The notes below the pieces were generated by a model. The model saw only the letters and a program-made list of their open reading frames with translations. It was not told where the DNA came from and did no database searches. A DNA stretch of 63,773 nucleotides, the filler included, from Octopus bimaculoides (taxonomy: Eukaryota): assembly GCF_001194135.2 (NCBI RefSeq). It is 7 parts of 6 records of this genome, joined end to end, with 100 filler letters (N's around TTAATTAATTAA, not from the genome) between each part and the next. Parts side by side here need not be neighbours in the genome. Positions count along the whole stretch, not along the records: positions 59,767 to 61,861 come from NW_026435169.1; positions 61,962 to 63,773 come from NW_026332745.1; 5 more parts are not named here. One strand, given 5' to 3'. Below are positions 60,069 to 63,773 of this stretch, one piece after another. Position 1 is the stretch's first letter, and every line of letters starts with the position of its first letter. The position numbers were made by a program, and so were the translations under genes.

Positions 60069-61818
60069 ACACACACGCACGTACACACAGACACTCACGC
60101 GCGCTCGCGCTCTCGCTCTATCTCTGTCTAGTTCATTCTGGGATTAGGAATAAAAATAGTGACCTGCCTGCGGCTCAGCGGACCACAATAAAGAGCCAGG
60201 TCAAATCGATCACTTTTCGCGATATTCTTGCCTTTGGCGACTTAGCAAGCCCCAAACAAATTTATGACCAGAGTGCCTCGAGCATCTTTCCGTTTCCATT
60301 CTTCCTAATTTGTTCCTAAATAGCAGAGCAGCGAGGCTCTTTCTTTATCACAGTTATACATCACGCTTTTCCCGCCTCCACCATCCTTAATTTTCTGGTA
60401 GAAAGTTAGGAAGCTCTCAAGATATAATATCGAATGAAGAACACGCACAGTAATATTGACACACTTACACGCAGTCAAGCATTCACAAGCGCACAGGCAC
60501 GCAGGGATAAGCATGTGAAGTACATTCATACATACAAGTACACAACACAGAATGACATAGAGATGTACTCATGAGGCACATGAACGACATAAATTGTCAA
60601 CAGATACACACGAATACTACACACAAACACGCACACTCAAACGCTCACATACTCACAGATTCATATATATATATATATATATATTTAATATATGTGTGTG
60701 TGCATGTGCGTATGGATGAATACGTGTGCGTGAATATATATATATATATATATANNNNNNNNNNNNNNNNNNNNNNNNNNNNNNNNNNNNNNNNNNNNNN
60801 NNNNNNNNNNNNNNNNNNNNNNNNNNNNNNNNNNNNNNNNNNNNNNNNNNNNNNNNNNNNNNNNNNNNNNNNNNNNNNNNNNNNNNNNNNNNNNNNNNNN
60901 NNNNNNNNNNNNNNNNNNNNNNNNNNNNNNNNNNNNNNNNNNNNNNNNNNNNNNNNNNNNNNNNNNNNNNNNNNNNNNNNNNNNNNNNNNNNNNNNNNNN
61001 NNNNNNNNNNNNNNNNNNNNNNNNNNNNNNNNNNNNNNNNNNNNNNNNNNNNNNNNNNNNNNNNNNNNNNNNNNNNNNNNNNNNNNNNNNNNNNNNNNNN
61101 NNNNNNNNNNNNNNNNNNNNNNNNNNNNNNNNNNNNNNNNNNNNNNNNNNNNNNNNNNNNNNNNNNNNNNNNNNNNNNNNNNNNNNNNNNNNNNNNNNNN
61201 NNNNNNNNNNNNNNNNNNNNNNNNNNNNNNNNNNNNNNNNNNNNNNNNNNNNNNNNNNNNNNNNNNNNNNNNNNNNNNNNNNNNNNNNNNNNNNNNNNNN
61301 NNNNNNNNNNNNNNNNNNNNNNNNNNNNNNNNNNNNNNNNNNNNNNNNNNNNNNNNNNNNNNNNNNNNNNNNNNNNNNNNNNNNNNNNNNNNNNNNNNNN
61401 NNNNNNNNNNNNNNNNNNNNNNNNNNNNNNNNNNNNNNNNNNNNNNNNNNNNNNNNATATATATATATATATATATACATATATATGTATATATACACAC
61501 ATGTTTGTATGGTGTGCGTGCATGAGTGACAGAATTCTACTTATCTAGCAACAGAGTTAATCTGAAACCTCGTGGTGAAATTGAAGCAATTACAGCGTGG
61601 AAGAACCAGTCTAGCCATTTAGTAGTGCACAAAATCTGCTTAAAGGATTTGAACTTCAAACTTATTAATGTAAGACAAAATTTTCGTCGCACAGCTGCGA
61701 TCTGGAACAGTGTCGGTAGCAATTTAATAAATTTCAAATTGAAAGAAATTTAACAGATCTTAACAGTCTCCATATATTACATAGCTAGAACGTCTACACC
61801 GTGACAAAATTTACACAT

Positions 61819-61861
<43 letters not shown>

Positions 61862-62984
61862 NNNNNNNNNNNNNNNNNNNNNNNNNNNNNNNNNNNNNNN
61901 NNNNNTTAATTAATTAANNNNNNNNNNNNNNNNNNNNNNNNNNNNNNNNNNNNNNNNNNNNTGAACCACCAGTACATTGTCTTGTATTCCTTGCATTCTT
62001 CCTTACCTTCTTTATTCCTTTCTTTTCGCATTTCGTGTTACGTTTGTCTTCTTTTCAAATTCACTTTCTCACAGCGTCTTAAACTATGTATATCTCTGTC
62101 GTAATCTTTCCCTCTCTCCCTCCCTCTGTCTACCACACTCTCTCACAATTCTACTCTTGTACATGCATATTTATATTGTACACTCTGCTAGACACACTAA
62201 CAATTTTTCCAATGCTACTTANNNNNNNNNNNNNNNNNNNNNNNNNNNNNNNNNNNNNNNNNNNNNNNNNNNNNNNNNNNNNNNNNNNNNNNNNNNNNNN
62301 NNNNNNNNNNNNNNNNNNNNNNNNNNNNNNNNNNNNNNNNNNNNNNNNNNNNNNNNNNNNNNNNNNNNNNNNNNNNNNNNNNNNNNNNNNNNNNNNNNNN
62401 NNNNNNNNNNNNNNNNNNNNNNNNNNNNNNNNNNNNNNNNNNNNNNNNNNNNNNNNNNNNNNNNNNNNNNNNNNNNNNNNNNNNNNNNNNNNNNNNNNNN
62501 NNNNNNNNNNNNNNNNNNNNNNNNNNNNNNNNNNNNNNNNNNNNNNNNNNNNNNNNNNNNNNNNNNNNNNNNNNNNNNNNNNNNNNNNNNNNNNNNNNNN
62601 NNNNNNNNNNNNNNNNNNNNNNNNNNNNNNNNNNNNNNNNNNNNNNNNNNNNNNNNNNNNNNNNNNNNNNNNNNNNNNNNNNNNNNNNNNNNNNNNNNNN
62701 NNNNNNNNNNNNNNNNNNNNNNNNNNNNNNNNNNNNNNNNNNNNNNNNNNNNNNNNNNNNNNNNNNNNNNNNNNNNNNNNNNNNNNNNNNNNNNNNNNNN
62801 NNNNNNNNNNNNNNNNNNNNNNNNNNNNNNNNNNNNNNNNNNNNNNNNNNNNNNNNNNNNNNNNNNNNNNNNNNNNNNNNNNNNNNNNNNNNNNNNNNNN
62901 NNNNNNNNNNNNNNNNNNNNNNNNNNTATATATATATCATAATATATATATATTATTATTGTGCTGATTGACTTCAAAGTTTCT

Positions 62985-63080
62985 GCTTACGGCCATACCA
63001 TGCTGAAAGCACCGGTTCTCGTTCCATCACTAGTGAGTACTTAGATGGGTGACTGCTTGGGAAACCCATGTACTGTAAAC
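62985..63080 (+). pseudogene. 5S rRNA-derived sequence with an internal deletion
   Basis: gcttacggccataccatgctgaaagcaccggttctcgttccatcac and tagtgagtacttagatgggtgactgcttgggaaacccatgtactgtaaac match the 5' and 3' parts of metazoan 5S. The box A region (gaagttaagc...) is missing. Confidence 0.88.
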
Positions 63081-63149
63081 GTCTCACACGCCTAAAGGCG
63101 GTGCTCCAGCATGGCCGCAGTCAAATGGCTAAAGCAAGTAAAAGAATCA

Positions 63150-63750
63150 ATATGTATAGAAGGTGCAACGGGTAAAGAGTCAACATATTATATTATTAGT
63201 TTCACGCATGAGCATTGTTTGTGTTTGATTTTGTCGATTGCTCAATATGCAAGGATCAGTTGTGGACCGTCTGTGAGGAAAGCAGCACCATGACGCAATT
63301 CATTTTCCCAGGAATTTGGAAACGGTATGCTGTACCGATTGTCATTCACACTGGAGACTGCAATGCGGACATTTCAGGGTTTGCGTGTCAATTTGAGATG
63401 ATTGCAATCGGAGGACATGTACCGAGAGTGACAAAAACAAAACAGCCGGTCAACATCATGATGTTTGGAGTGACCACTAATGACAGCAACGTTATGCTTC
63501 TATTCATCTTCCCACAGGGCCTCAGACTCAACACGGTGGCAAGCATCAAGTGCCTGGAAGATGTAGTGCTGACCTGGGTCAAGCGGGTGGTTACTGAAAG
63601 ACCTTATGTCTGGCAAGAGGAATCTGCACCATGCCACACAAACAGGAGAACCCAGTCATGGCTGTCAGGCAATTTCTGCGACGACATCACCCGTAACAAG
63701 TCGCCATCTAACTCCCCAGACCGCACGCCATTGATTATTATGTGTTATTT
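63150..63750 (+). mobile_element. maT/DD37D-like transposase remnant, same family as 55915-56756
   Basis: Encodes PVNIMMFGVTT...FIFPQGLRLNT...CLEDVVLTWVKRV...WQEESAPCHTNRRTQSWLS. Confidence 0.8.
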
Positions 63751-63773
63751 CTTTACTACCCACAAGGGGCTAC

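Noticed and set aside
61526-61753. 75-aa ORF in unique sequence between gaps
   Set aside because: No motif or splice support, and an equally long antisense ORF is present; chance-level.

Overview
This is AT-rich, repeat-dense animal DNA with many assembly gaps. The SINE families and microsatellite load suggest an octopus/cephalopod genome, which is an inference. Two protein-coding genes are supported. (1) The 3' six exons (1978-12339, +) of an ankyrin-repeat/RING Mind bomb 2-like E3 ligase gene; splice phases chain correctly, but the last RING has an in-frame TGA and has lost two cysteines. (2) A complete SART1/Snu66 gene (18527-20866, -) whose 779-codon CDS has no intron, with a probable spliced leader containing several upstream ATGs. 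The rest is non-coding: mariner, Tc1 and maT-like remnants, hAT, piggyBac-like and Mutator-like MITEs, two solo LTRs, RTE, R4/Dong and Penelope-like retroelements, at least four SINE families, and microsatellites. The most unusual items are two inverted pairs of hammerhead-ribozyme-like motifs (about 43.3-43.9 kb and 57.4-57.7 kb), a 5S rRNA head fused to a SINE tail (about 63.0 kb), a foldback element with a (CCCTAA)3 loop (about 48.9 kb), and an R4/Dong element nested inside a Penelope element. All translations and alignments were done by eye, and TE and SINE boundaries are approximate unless TSDs are quoted.
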